Below, piece after piece: positions 49,074 through 62,057 of a DNA stretch of 64,000 nt (positions are counted from its first letter, which is position 1; each line of letters starts with the position of its first letter). Source of the stretch: Octopus sinensis. Lineage: Eukaryota. Position numbers and translations under genes: made by a program. The stretch spans positions 16,492,001-16,556,000 of the forward strand of contig NC_043007.1 of NCBI RefSeq assembly GCF_006345805.1, read 5' to 3'. Below the pieces are notes generated by a model, which was given only the letters and a program-made list of their open reading frames with translations, was not told where the DNA came from and ran no database searches.

Positions 49074-49421
49074 CTTAAGATGGAATCCATTTTTTATAAA
49101 GGGTAGAACATTATGAAAAAAAAAAAAAATAAAAATAAAAAGATATATAACCAAAAAAATTTGGTGAACACAAAATTCACACTCAAAAGGTTAAAATATA
49201 GGGAACACATTTTCCTAAATCTTATAAACTGACCTTAACATAAGGACAGGATGACTAAAATCGTAGCTCACACTGGTTTTCATCCAGCTATCTTCATACC
49301 ATAAATCTAATAATTAATGCCAAATCAATTAACTGGTCCAACTATTTCAGATGCATAATCCTTGAAGTAGATTTTAAAGTTAATTTCAATATGGCTTTTA
49401 CTACAACGAATTTCCACTTAC

Positions 49422-49531
49422 CGCAAATATTGATTGCAACTATTGCACAGAGATCCTTTTGCGGTTGAATGGAGTTGAGAAGAATGCATTCCACAATTGG
49501 TACAACTTTTGCTATCTTCACCTCTGCTGGT
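49422..49531 (-). CDS. RCOR: REST corepressor linker exon encoding a GATA-like C4 zinc finger
   Basis: 110 nt, TSRGEDSKSCTNCGMHSSQLHSTAKGSLCNSCNQYL(R); tttcag acceptor, CG|gtaagt donor; phase 0 in, phase 2 out as the neighbours require. Confidence 0.9.
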
Positions 49532-49641
49532 CTGAAAGGACGAGTTTTACATTCAAAACAAAATGTAAACCATAGTTCAAGTTAAATTTTCAAAATTAAC
49601 ATGAGAGTAATTTATAAAATTAAAAGAATTTATCAAAATAC

Positions 49642-49708
49642 CCCATTCTCTTTGTTATTCTCAACATCACTATCAGAGTTTCTACTTCCTTCATCCGATG
49701 CACCATCA
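49642..49708 (-). CDS. RCOR: REST corepressor, acidic linker exon
   Basis: 67 nt, (S)DGASDEGSRNSDSDVENNKENG; phase-compatible on both sides. Confidence 0.85.
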
Positions 49709-49913
49709 CTAATGTAAGAAAGGAAAAAAAACGCTCTAATAAACATCCAACAATAAACTTATTGATGGAATCAATACAATAAATGAAAACCAATAGTAAA
49801 TATACTAATAGTACCCATGGAAAATCTATAGTTATCTTGAAAAAATATCCTGGTATATATTATGTTGAAAGTTTATATAGAACCCTGAAATGCAAAAAGG
49901 AAAATGTAATCAC

Positions 49914-50038
49914 CTGTCTCCATCACGTGGATGTCCAGCCAGTTTTTTAGCCTGGCGATCCATAAGACTTGTTCTTGACCTGGTTTTCTTCCAGGAGTAA
50001 TAATACTTTACTAAACTAGCAATGGATTTATCTGGAAG
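49914..50038 (-). CDS. RCOR: REST corepressor, SANT1 end
   Basis: [41 protein letters not shown]; ag / AG|gtgatt, ends in phase 2. Confidence 0.97.
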
Positions 50039-50342
50039 CTGAAATAACAGAAACAAGTTTTAAACTTTTCTTCTAGAGTTACCAAATTTTTATTCTTAAT
50101 ACTCCATAATCTAATAAATCATGAGTACCACTGAAGGCTTAACATACAGGCTTAATTCAGAAGGTGAAGTGTCATGACCAAAAAACACTTTATTTATGGA
50201 TAAGAATAAAGCAGATGTTTCAGCCAGGTTTCTGACACTATCAACTCAGCTATCCACAACCATTCAATAATTGTTAGCTGTCCTGCAATTCAAATCATAT
50301 ATTCAGTTGATGCTTAATTATAAACTGAAGCTCAAAGTTTAA

Positions 50343-50562
50343 CCCTTTGGTGTTCGCATTATTCTGCCAAAATTAATGCTTTTTCATCCTCATTGTTTTG
50401 AACTAATCAGGCATTATCTTGTGGCTATGAGATTTTGATGAGGTAGCTGTTAATTTTTAAAATGATATTGTAGGGTTGGCGTGAGAGACCAGATCTGGCC
50501 AGTTTGAACATAAAAAGGCAGAATACTTTTGGCCAGATATGGCTGGTTTAAATGTTAAAGGG
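50343..50562 (+). mobile_element. piggyBac-like MITE family B
   Basis: TTAA TSD, CCCTTT TIR. Confidence 0.87.
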
Positions 50563-50757
50563 TTAAAGACAAAGGCTAAAAATTCAGCATACATAATATG
50601 ATCTTTTACTGCTAAAGAAAATATTTTAAAATCAATGTTTCATAAATTAGGGTTTGTAGAGCAAATCACAATGAAAAGTAGTCATAAAGAGCAAATATGG
50701 GTGCTAAATATACATCTAGCCATGTGATGTAAAAATTGCTTCAATAAATATATTTAC

Positions 50758-50919
50758 CATTTGCCTGATCCTCTGAAAACTTTTCCCATGGAAGCTAAAT
50801 GCCTGTTCAAAAAGAACTTTATCTTCAACAGTCCACTCATCAGGAAATGGAGTAAAGTTTGGTAAGTCTGCTAATGCTTTTTCTATGTTGTGTTTATGCC
50901 AAAACAGCATACCAAGAGC
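50758..50919 (-). CDS. RCOR: REST corepressor, ELM2-SANT1 exon
   Basis: 162 nt, [54 protein letters not shown]. Confidence 0.98.
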
Positions 50920-51469
50920 CTGGAATTTATATCCAAATTTCAATATTAAAAAACTGACATGTTGTGAGGTGATAGAATAAAAACTATGTATAAATTTTGA
51001 AATGTTGACCTAGAAAACTACTGGAACTAAAAACACTATACAATAATAAAAAAAAAACTAACACAAAGGTGAAGCAATTCAATATTACACACTTCCAAAA
51101 CTCAATTGTATCAAATCAAGATTGTTATTAAAACTAAGGTTAATGATAGAACATCTCGAAAAGCTTACAAACTAGTGATTATCATGTGGTTTGCCCCATC
51201 AGCCAATAAACCTTAGCTTGAAACTTGAAAGGTGCACTGATTTGTAGAGTGAATACAGGCACCTAAATGATGACTTTAGTTTACCTAACAGGAAAATTAA
51301 TGAGCATAAGATAACTTCTACAGGTTTCCTCTACCTGCTTAAAATAGCACCAAATCTCTCTCTACTGTTTTAAAAATGCAGTGACATACTGGATAATGTA
51401 TTCAACTGCCTTGTCTTAACTACCAACATAATCTCACATAACGTCACCCACACCTTCTGGATGGTGAGA

Positions 51470-51660
51470 ACTCTCCCTCTACAAGAATAAATCTTGATCT
51501 TTGAAAATAAGCTACAATATGCCTTATTCTCAAAAAGAATAATCCCGCTAACCCTACAACATTGCAAAAGTGATGAGGATAGCAATTAGCAGCAACACGA
51601 GACTTTCCCACTTCAGTGACTACCAATATACCATTCGCAAAACCATCTATCAATCATTGG
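51470..51660 (+). mobile_element. LINE (CR1/L2/Jockey-type) RT fossil
   Basis: LILKKNNPANP ... KVMRIAI ... SDYQYTIRK resembles PIPKKGDPSNP ... KVME ... SDHQYGFRK. Confidence 0.5.
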
Positions 51661-52885
51661 TGGGTTCTTACATTTGAGAAATTTGGTAAAAATAGTCAAC
51701 AGTATGTAGTCAGCTCAGGGATCTCATCATAAGCTGATGAGACCTGCTACTGGTACCATGTAAACCAGTACTATCTGTTCCATGGTCAAGTGGTCAATGA
51801 CGAAACTGGCTCCCCCACTACTCTCATGAGGAGGACGTCTGGACACCCAGCAGGACTAAAAACAAGGCCTGTCATAAGCCAGATGAGCTCTTTGTGGGCA
51901 ACAGCCATCCAGCTGGGGAAGGCAATGGCAAACCATCCCAAGACAAGAAAACGCTATGAGAAAATTCTCCAATAGAAAAATTCATGCTTAATCAGAAAGA
52001 CATTTGCTGTAGCATCATCAACGTTTGGGGAAAAAAAATATGATACATGATGACGACAAGATACTACTTACATCTGGCATTTAACAAATTTCCTAGCCTA
52101 CAGGTTTCATAGGCCTCTAGTCTCTTGGAGCTATCAGATCAGACTATAGCAGCATGTACCAATAGGGTTCTCTGGGTCTATGCCATCATTTCTGAATGGC
52201 TTCAGAATTCAATTTCATTCCCTATATTCTTCCTTCTATACCAATAACCTATTTGCCTTTCCCAATAATGATGTGGACATAGATGATACCAACGTTCCTC
52301 CTTATCTTTCTGCAAGCATGCTAAATCTATACCAAGTTCATGAACAAAGTTTTCAAAATAATAAAAATAATAATGAAAAAAACCATCCCCTATCTAATCT
52401 AAACTACATCATCATACTTAAACAGCTGGAAACAACTTCAACAGTACACAATATTTTTGTTGAATTTCTTTTCCAAACACAAGCATAGAATCTGAGATCC
52501 ACAATTCCCCTTAGCACATTCAAGATGCAAAAGATATGAAATGGTTCCAACTGGTGTCTGAAATAAAATTGCATACTTGATTTTCTAAACAAACCTTGTC
52601 TATAAATCTATATTTAATGCAGCAGATGGCTAGACTGACCAACCTTCATTCACTCTAAAAATTATATATGTCACTAAAATTGATAATTCTGAAGAAACAT
52701 TACATACTTGTTGACTATTACATATATATTTTATCACAAAAAGATATGATGGAAAAGTTTTAAGCTTCAATTGAAGAACCTCCATGCAGCCCACATAAAT
52801 ACATAAAATTGTAATATGTAATTGTTCTAAACTATTTTCACCCTAATACAGTATGAAAAAGAATAATATTCAACTGTAACATTAC

Positions 52886-52938
52886 CTGCTCCATGTTGTA
52901 GCCATGTTTCTCTTTTGCGATAGTAACATAATCATCAA
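52886..52938 (-). CDS. RCOR: REST corepressor, end of ELM2 domain (5'-most exon found)
   Basis: 53 nt, (x)DDYVTIAKEKHGYNMEQ; tgcag acceptor, CAG|gtaatg donor; matches RCOR DEYIAIAKEKHGYNMEQ. Confidence 0.95.
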
Positions 52939-54798
52939 CTGCAATACAGAATGAAAAATTATTCTTTCCATGCAACTTTCCAAAAGAATAGCAGAACTAG
53001 ATACTTAGTTTGACTAACTGAAAGTCTGAGTTTATTCAGATAATTATAGAAAGAATCAATGATTGATTAACAAGATAGTATCTGGGTAGTCATCAATGTA
53101 AACATAGATTATTTCTTTAACCTTTTCATGACAAGATTTCCAACAAAACACACTTTTAAATAATCAAAAATATGAAAGTGCATAAATAAAATAACTGATG
53201 TTTTCATTTACATTTATGTTAAATTATATTTGGAACATAATCTCACAACACAGTTATATAAGCTTAAAATAAGAGATATTAATTTCAACCTTAACATTTT
53301 AAAATAAGCAATTTTAGTCCAAAGAAATAAAGACGGTCTAAGGACAAGTTAAAGAAATTATATCATAAGTAAAACCTTCTAAAATGTGTTAATTGTCTTT
53401 GCTGGGACAATTAATTTAGTAATAACATAATTTCATAACTACCTTAACTGCTGTCATTTTTGTAAAAATATAATCAAGTCCAAAGGAGAAAGACAGTGTT
53501 AATAGGTTCACAACTCCAACAGTAGAAAAGATGTAGTTGAGTAGGATAAGTATAAACGAAACTTAATAATAGGGAGGGGTACCATGTGACACCTTTCATA
53601 CAAAAAAAATATCTTAAATTGAATGAAGTTTAAGTAGGACATGTGTCTGATACATATCAAGTACAATGCCATCGCTGGACAGGTTTCAATATTCTTAAGC
53701 CAACTCCAAAAGACACATCAAAGTCTTACCAGTACTTATTAGACCCTGGATTTTGACTGATAAATACACTGTGGGGAAATTAGCAGAAATAGCTTTGCAA
53801 GGCTGAAACAAGCCTGGAGTTGTATCTGTACTTGTGAAAGATTACATCCACTTCCCACTGCAGGTCCATCATTCAACTTTATAACTACAGGAGTTATCTC
53901 CCTTCGACTTCCCTAACTAGAATTAAATATTAACGTATCTCTTCATAACGGGTGTGATTTTAATTTACGAAAATTTGTTGGTTCACTTACATGAAGTATA
54001 TTCAAGTAACGCCATATTTAATGAACTGATCATTTTAAAACAATCCCTAAAAATCCAATGGACTCATCATTGATAATTATGGAGACAATTCCAGACAACT
54101 TATAGAAAAACTGAAGACTTGGAGATAAGCTTTAGTGGGAAAATAATTAGAATTAGCAAATATCTGATTTTCATTAACACTAATGAATTTTCTTGTCATT
54201 ATCATTACAATTACAAGTGATTAAAAATTGTTTTTGTCAGGTAAGGTGGAGAGCTGGCAGAAACGTTTGCATGCCAGGTCTGTCTTTACGTTCTGACTTA
54301 AAATTCCGCCGAGGTTGACTTTGCCTTTCATCCTTTTGGGGTCGATAAATTAAGTACCAGTTGCATACTGGGGTCGATCTAATCAACTGACCCCCTCCCC
54401 CCAAATTTCGGGCCTTGTTCCTAGAGTAGAAATGATTATTTTAAATTCACTGATAAATTTTACTCCCACTGAAACTATATAATATTCAAGTTGTTCAGTG
54501 ATAAGAGCTTTGTGCTGACTATGCTTTGCTGAAAAGGCTGAGTAAGAAAAACATGTCAAGAGTTGCTATCACAGATATCAAAGATCAAATTCTTCCATAC
54601 CACCCAGTACATCATTTTATTTTTAATTCAATGAAATTTTGGGTTGCTTCCCTTGCTCCTTCTGAAAATAATTTTCATTAATGCTAATGAATTTTTTCAT
54701 TATAATAATAGTTGCAACTAATTAAAAATTGGGACCAGGTAGGTAAACTAAGAATGGTAGTAACAACAATCTAAAATAACTGTCATGTTATAGTTTAA

Positions 54799-55005
54799 CT
54801 TTTAGCATTCAGATTACTCAGTCAAATGTTATGATTATTCATATTTTAAAAAATTAATTGTCTTGTAGCTTTGAGACTTTGAGGGTGTGATTGTTAATTT
54901 TTAGATTAACTCTGTAGGGTGAGTGTGAGAGGTATAATATGGCTACTTTCAACATAAAACAGATAGAATTTAGGGGCTGGATATGGCTGGCTTTTTGCTA
55001 AAGGG
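54799..55005 (+). mobile_element. piggyBac-like MITE family B (degenerate)
   Basis: TTAA flanks, family B body. Confidence 0.75.
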
Positions 55006-55239
55006 TTAAGTAAAAGAGATACAAAGAAAAAGGAATTAAAATTTTGGGCATCAAATGCAAGAAGCAGGGCATACGTAGAGGTCACTCAAATCTATTATAT
55101 TTAAAACTAGTTATCAATAAGACCAGAATATTGGATACAATTACGATATCAAGATCAAATGTTCCTAAAAAATTTTATCTGCTAGTGACCTGCTTTCTCA
55201 TTGATAGATGCCAAAGAACTGCAAAAAACGTTCCAGGCC

Positions 55240-55560
55240 TAAAAAAAGGTTGTCTAGCATTGAAACGTTAACAGATTAAAGGCTAATAAGACTTTATTGA
55301 TGATAGAGAACAATGTCTTAAGGACATCAGAGACGTAGTCTTGCTCAATGGTTGCAAGATATGGGCATTAAATACATATCTGCAGAAATAGTAGAGAAAT
55401 GAGTCATGCATAATCTGTTGAATATTATGTCAACTTGTATGAAAGACAGAGAATATTGAAACTGAGATGGTAATTCAGTATGAGACTGCAGGAAAGATGA
55501 GTGAACTAATAAGGACATGTGATATGACTGGACAATGAGTGGCGACCAAAGAAGTTTAGC
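55240..55560 (+). mobile_element. RTE-clade LINE fossil
   Basis: VLLNGCKIWALN...RNESCII with stops; resembles LLYGSETWALN...RNEASML. Confidence 0.5.
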
Positions 55561-58500
55561 ATGTAAGTTTAGCAAGCTGTTTTTAGCACAGTAGAATCTT
55601 AAAGAAGTAGCATTTCATAGATGCAATGGCTCACAACAAATAGCACATGTTGGAATGCCAACTCATTCAGCCAATACCATCAAAGTTGACTGTTCTGTTC
55701 ATCTTTCAAAATAACCTCTCATTAGTGTGCTTAGCATTTACTAAAGTACTCAGTTGTAAGACATCTAACCTAATAAGATTAAAATTTTTCAGACAATTAA
55801 CCTTCTCTTTAGATGAAAAAGTTTTTTCAGATTTACAACTCCACATTTCAATCAGCTTGATCACTAACCATCAGATGTTTTATCCCTGGATGTGTATGCC
55901 ATACAGGATTTGAACTAGGAACCTTTATTACTAAATCAGGAGTAATAATGTTCTTGCCCACTAAGCTTTAATGGAATGTAGCATACAAATAAATACTGGA
56001 AAATGCTTCATCTCTAAGGATGAGATTAATAGTCTGAAAAATTATAATCTTATTAATAACTCATCTCAGATATTAATCTAACCTAAAATTGAACATGAAA
56101 ATGTCATTTCTAAAGCTTGGTGCATGCAGACTGTTTGAAATCTATTTCATATTGAACACAATCGTTTCTGTGTTGCTAATTACATTACACCCTTATACAT
56201 TTTAATTAAATTCTAAAATAATCAATGAATTTAGACTGGTTTCATAAAACTATTTTTTTATTCATTTATTGATATATAAAAGGTTCTCAGATAAATCTAT
56301 TAATTAAATTTTTCTCACAGAAATACTATTTTTCATGTTTCTCTTTTTTAGAATAGGTCCACTAGGCTTCTGCACTTTATAAGATGCAACAAAAAATGTT
56401 GGTACCAGAAAGGGCATCTGGCTGCAAAACACTGCTTCAAAAAGTTCCAGACTACTAATTACAATTAAGAGATAAAATCTGAATACAAATTTATTCAAAC
56501 TTTGTGTAGATGGAATCAAGTGTAAATAATTGATGAGTTTGAGTAATGAGAATAATTGGCAGAGTAGGGCTTCTGAAAATTTTGGTAGAAAAAATATTGT
56601 TTTCACACCATTCTCTTTCTAGAAATCTCTGCCTTCATTATCACTGTCTCACGTTGTTTACATACCTGGGAATCGAAGCACCCGGTTTACATATTATTAC
56701 TAGGAACTACAAGCAATTGTGTAGGTATGTCTTCTGTGACTCTTATTGCATTGATACTGAAAATTTTGAAATTAAATGACTATTCAACTAACAAAGATTA
56801 TGTTATACCTAACAATTACACAAATATTGTACATCAAGTGGAACCATTTTATGAAGGTCTGTCTCATTCCTATTCAGCTAAAATAGATTGTTTCAATGAA
56901 TTAAATAATAATGTATTGCAAATTAAATTTTTATGAAGCTATCATACCTCAATTATTGCTGGTTTCAAACTAATGAAATGCAATGGGGCTGACACAGAAT
57001 ATAAAGTTTGGAAGACAACTACTTGCTAGTTAATGTATAAATATGGTTAGGTGTTATCACTTTTCTTCCTGGCAGGTGTTAATTTATATGAACTACTATT
57101 GATATGCACTACTTTCTGAGAAAATATTAATAACTCTGGAAATCAGTTTTGTTAACCCTTTCGTTACCCACTTGTCCACTGTTTCATGTTGTCATGCAGC
57201 AAATCTGAATTGGGATGATTTTCAAAAGATATGAAGAAATCTAGTGAAATATACAGCAAACATAAAAACTACAGGTGTGGTTGTGAATCAGATATTTTGA
57301 TTTTCAAAAGTGAAACCAACTGATTCTGACAGCAATAAAGAAGTGAATTTGTACATGAACGCAGTAAGAATTTGAAAACTGCTTTCATAGTGATTTTTCA
57401 GAAGAGACCAGACCTAATCTATTTTTTAAATATTTACTCAAAATTACAATATTATAGATAATCCACGAACGTGCCCAATTCTTCTATATTCAAATTTTTG
57501 TTGTATACTCAACTGATAATTAGCTAATAAGTCAGTTTCTATGGTGTTGTTTAAACAAAATTTAATTTTATATTTTGTTGTATTTAACTGTAATTAGATT
57601 TGCTTTGAAACAAACCAAGCAATAGATTTTGGTTGGAACCTCTTGTTAGATTTTGTCCAAAAATCATTTGTATGTCAATAAATAAAAAAAAAAAAGAGTT
57701 GTCTTATGACACCAGTCTAAATTCACAATTATTTTTTCATTTAACGGAAACACATAAGGGGTGTATTTTTGTTAGAAATATAATAAAGAAAGGATTAAGA
57801 GAGATGTTAACAGTTCAATTTACAAGGAACACTGAAGTACATGAACCAACATTTGCCACTGGTTGGCTTGGACAATTTTTCCTTCACCTCCCAGCCCTTT
57901 TTTTTTTTTTTAAATTGTGCCCTTCTAGAAATTATTTGTAAATAGATTGTCACTACTTACTTCTTGATTCACATAGATCAGCATTGGGAGCCCACACAAG
58001 CATAGCATCAGTCCGTACATCATTCTTGCCATCTTGAATGAAAATAAATACATGAAGATAAAAAAATGTTTAAAAATCTGGAGGATAAATTTTCAAATAA
58101 TGTAAACTGTTAAAAACAAACATTATTCTACAAATCATCATTATTGTCATGTTTGTAATTTCTCTGATTTGTAAGTGCTTTAAAAATTATAAATTAATAA
58201 AACTAAAATATTTGGTATTGAAACCTAATTCTTTAAAAATTGCTCTACATCTACTTTCCAAAACGGTTTCTATTTATGTATATAAATTGTTGGACAAAAT
58301 ACTTTTAAAGCTGGATTTTATTTCATGCAGCTAACCAATAGATTGTGAACAGAGAGAGGACAGAAGAAAGTAATACAATGTAACACCTTTCAGACAGCAA
58401 TTGTATAAATTTAGAAAACCATGTGAAAATGAAAATAAAAATCTAAGTTTAATCATTAAAAAAAAATGATTATTAGTATTAGATTAAAATCATTGCAATA

Positions 58501-58984
58501 ATTGTCATTAATGCTAACTTTTCAGTTAGTGTAGGTAGAATTCTCCACTGACATATATAGTTGGGATTAAAGGATTTACTTATAAGGTATGCTAGTCAAA
58601 AGAATTGACTAGATTATCAAGCAGAAACTAAAATAGATAGAGTAAACACATAAATAAAAATAATAAAATAACTTTTCCTCAGTAATGAACAGAAAATAAT
58701 GAGTAGGGTCAGGTTCAAAATCTTTAATCTGCATCTCAACTGGTTTTGTAAAGAACCAAAATTTGAACTATTTCCTTAACAGCAGAAGTATAACAGTTAA
58801 AACCAAACTGATCTATAATCTCATGCCCTAACCCTTTTGATACCAACCCATCTGAAACCACCTTTGGCTCTGTAGTACAAATGTTCTGAATTAAAATCTT
58901 AAAATTCAAAAGTTCTGAATTAAAATCTTCCACCAATATATGTTCCTATCACTATCTTAATGATAAAGTCATTTTACTAATTCT

Positions 58985-59275
58985 TTGGTGGTACATAAGA
59001 AGCACCATCCAAATGTGGCCAATGCCAGTGCTGCCTTGACTGGCTCCCATGCAGGCGGCACGTAAAAGCACCATCCAAATGTGGTTGATGCCAGCCCCCT
59101 CTGGCCCATAGAACCCACTACCCTCTTGGAATGGTTGGCATTAGGAAGGGCATCCAGCTGTAGAAACAGTACCAGGTCAGATTGGAACCTGGTGCAACCA
59201 CCTGGCTTCTCAGACTCCAGTCGAACCATCCAACCCATGCCAGCATGGAAAACGGATATTAAACGATGATGATGA
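58985..59275 (+). mobile_element. SINE S3
   Basis: S3 core and (GAT)n tail. Confidence 0.83.
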
Positions 59276-60533
59276 AACACAGAGTATCTCAACAGAAATA
59301 CAGTAACAAGAGGGTTGAATGAAATAATAAGTGACAATATAAAGAATTCAGAACTGAGGAAAGAGATACCAATCTTGTAGCCTTCAACAATTCAATGATA
59401 CACTACACACATTAAGAAAACAGGCCTTTCTCTAAAAATGAACAGTATGCGAGTAGAACCCTCAAGGTTACTAAAAATACAAGGTCTCACATTATCATGC
59501 TTTTTGAAAACATGTAAATATTTCAGAATGACAATTTTCCTTTCCATATATTTTCTAAACTTGGAGTTAGGAATATTATTTTATCATCATTAAAATATAC
59601 TGTGTAATAGTTGGGTTATTAAATTTAGAAAATACACGTAAAGTTGTCCAAATATATTCACTAGTATTAATCATATGTTGTACTTTCGTTTACTAACACT
59701 GCTGGATCATCAGATGAACATATCTTTTACAATTCATTTTAACAAAAACACTGAAGCGGATAATTAATATGAGTGAACATTTTATGTACTCTTTTACTGG
59801 TTTCAGCCATTCACATTGTGGCCATGCTGAGTCACTGACATCAAAGACTTTTGGTCAATCATTTCAACCCTAGCATTTGTTTTATTAAGTTACAGCTTTG
59901 AAATCAACACTGACACATACATATAACAAGCTTTCACTTGGTTTCCGTAACAAAATCCTACTCACAGAGAACTGGTTAAGCCAAAGTTATAATCGAAAAC
60001 AGGCCCAAGATACCGTGAAGTGCAATAAGATTTCAGCTAGGTAAAAACTAGCTGAAAAACAAACTACAAAATACAAACAAAATACAATATTTTAAAGAAA
60101 CATATTACTAAATAAAATCAAATTTCAATCTAATTTATTTTTAATACAAATGAAATTTCATTTTAAAATTTAAGATATTAAGTGGTTTCCCGACAACTGC
60201 TAGTACAAAGATTTTAGCGCTCTGTGAGATCTGAGTCAATAAGGGAAAAAATTTAACCTGAGGAGGTTGCTGCTGATTACTTTGCTCTGCAACCAATCAG
60301 CAGTCACTTGTGGTTTGTTTCCAGTCACTACTGCAGCAGAAGGCTGACTAATGGTAGCATGACAAGAAGTGGCAGAATATAAGCACTGTTGAAGGGTTTC
60401 AAGTATTTTGGTGCAAAGAGAGGGGAAAAATCCCTTTTACGCTATTAGAAAGATTTACAGAATATACTAATGAAATACTTTTATTTCTTAATTTATAACA
60501 TTAAAAACTGTAATTTTTTTTTTTAACCCAGTT

Positions 60534-60701
60534 AGGCGCAGGAGTGGCTGTGTAGTAAGTAGCTTGCTAACCAACCATGATTGCGGGTTCAGTCCCACTG
60601 CGTGGCATCTTGGGCAAGTGTCTTCTGCTATAGCCCCGGGCCGACCATGCTTGTGAATGGATTTGGTAGACGGAAACTGAAAGAAGCCTGTCGTATATAT
60701 G

Positions 60702-60746
<45 letters not shown>

Positions 60747-60758
60747 TATATATATGTG

Positions 60759-60798
<40 letters not shown>

Positions 60799-61010
60799 TG
60801 TGTTTGTGTGTCTGTGTTTGTCCCCCGAGCATTGCTTGACAACCGATGCTGGTGTGTTTACGTCCCCGTCACTTAGCGGTTTGGCAAAAGAGACCGATAG
60901 AATAAGTACTGGGCTAACAAAGAATAAGTCCCGGGGTCGATTTGATCGACTAAAGGCGGTGCTCCAGCATGGTCGCAGTCAAATGACTGAAACAAGTAAA
61001 AGAGTAAAGA
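60534..61010 (+). mobile_element. SINE S1
   Basis: Full length; abuts an inverted copy. Confidence 0.9.
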
Positions 61011-61020
61011 GAAAGAGTTA

Positions 61021-61415
61021 CTTTTTACTTGTTTCAGTCATTAGACTGCAGCCATGCTGGGGCACTGCTTTGAAGAATTTTAGTCAAATGAATCGACCCC
61101 AGTACTTAGTTTTCTTTTTAAGCCTCATACCTATTCTATTGATATCTTATACTGACCCGCTAAGTTATGGAGGACAGGAACACACCAACACCAACTGTCA
61201 AGTGGTGGTAAGGGACAGAAACACACACACACATATATATATATATATTACATGATGGGCTTCTTTCAGTTTGCATCTACCAAATACACTCACAAGGCAA
61301 TGGTCAGCCCAAGGCTGTAGATGAAAACACTTGCTCAAGGTGTTATGCAGTGGGACTGAACCCAGAACCATGTGGTTGGGAAGCAAACTTCTTACCACAC
61401 AACCACACCTGCACC
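61021..61415 (-). mobile_element. SINE S1 (older copy), tail-to-tail with the 60534 copy
   Basis: Reverse-complement S1. Confidence 0.87.
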
Positions 61416-61474
61416 AGTTACATTAAATTTTGTTGAAGGTCTATACACAGAGTATGTGTTTGGGAAAGATTCAA

Positions 61475-61505
<31 letters not shown>

Positions 61506-62057
61506 TTTTAGATAAGTACCAGGCATCAAGAGAGGAAAAGAGATTTTGGGACATGCCATTTACAAATAGTGTAAACAGATATTTCTTTGAAGTCAGAAAC
61601 ATCTGCTACTGTGTTAGACTCAGATGAAATGGTCAAACATATATAGTTCCAAACTACTAGTTAAATTTTTTTTTCAATGATGACCAACTACAAGAATTCA
61701 TCAGATTCTTGTAGTTCACAAGACAATTTTATGATATTCAGTTCATCTGTACTATCGCCATCCTAATCAGATAGTTATCTTACATCCACTTAAGAGTGCA
61801 TGGAATCAGAATAAAGCAATACTTCTTATCAGAAGAATAAAAAAAAGAAGTTATTTACTTTCCCAACATCACAGGTCAGCACAGAATATATTAAAAAAGA
61901 GCACTTCACACATACACACAAAATTAACTTCATAAACCTAACATTAAAAAATATTTAAAAATTCTCCTATACAACATCAATAGCAACAAAAACCTTATGG
62001 AACGATATGACATTCAATACACAAACATATTCCAAAGTTATACACAGATGAAATTAA

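Noticed and set aside
51733-51805. CTGATGAG...GAAAC as a complete hammerhead
   Set aside because: GAAA does not follow stem II; spacing is incompatible. Likely an RTE-related repeat fragment.
55530-55575. AKLLWSP on the minus strand as a possible ELM2 exon (cf. MLVWSP)
   Set aside because: Lies antisense to an RTE fossil, with no MRVG motif or fitting splice sites. The first ELM2 exons appear to lie beyond 64000.
60258-60430. GC-richer minus-strand open frame with a cag|gttaaa donor as a possible RCOR coding exon
   Set aside because: The long frame ends in phase 2, but exon 52938 needs phase 1; no ATG and no RCOR similarity. A non-coding exon cannot be excluded.
60581-61255. 224-aa ORF
   Set aside because: Spans the two inverted S1 SINEs and their microsatellite.
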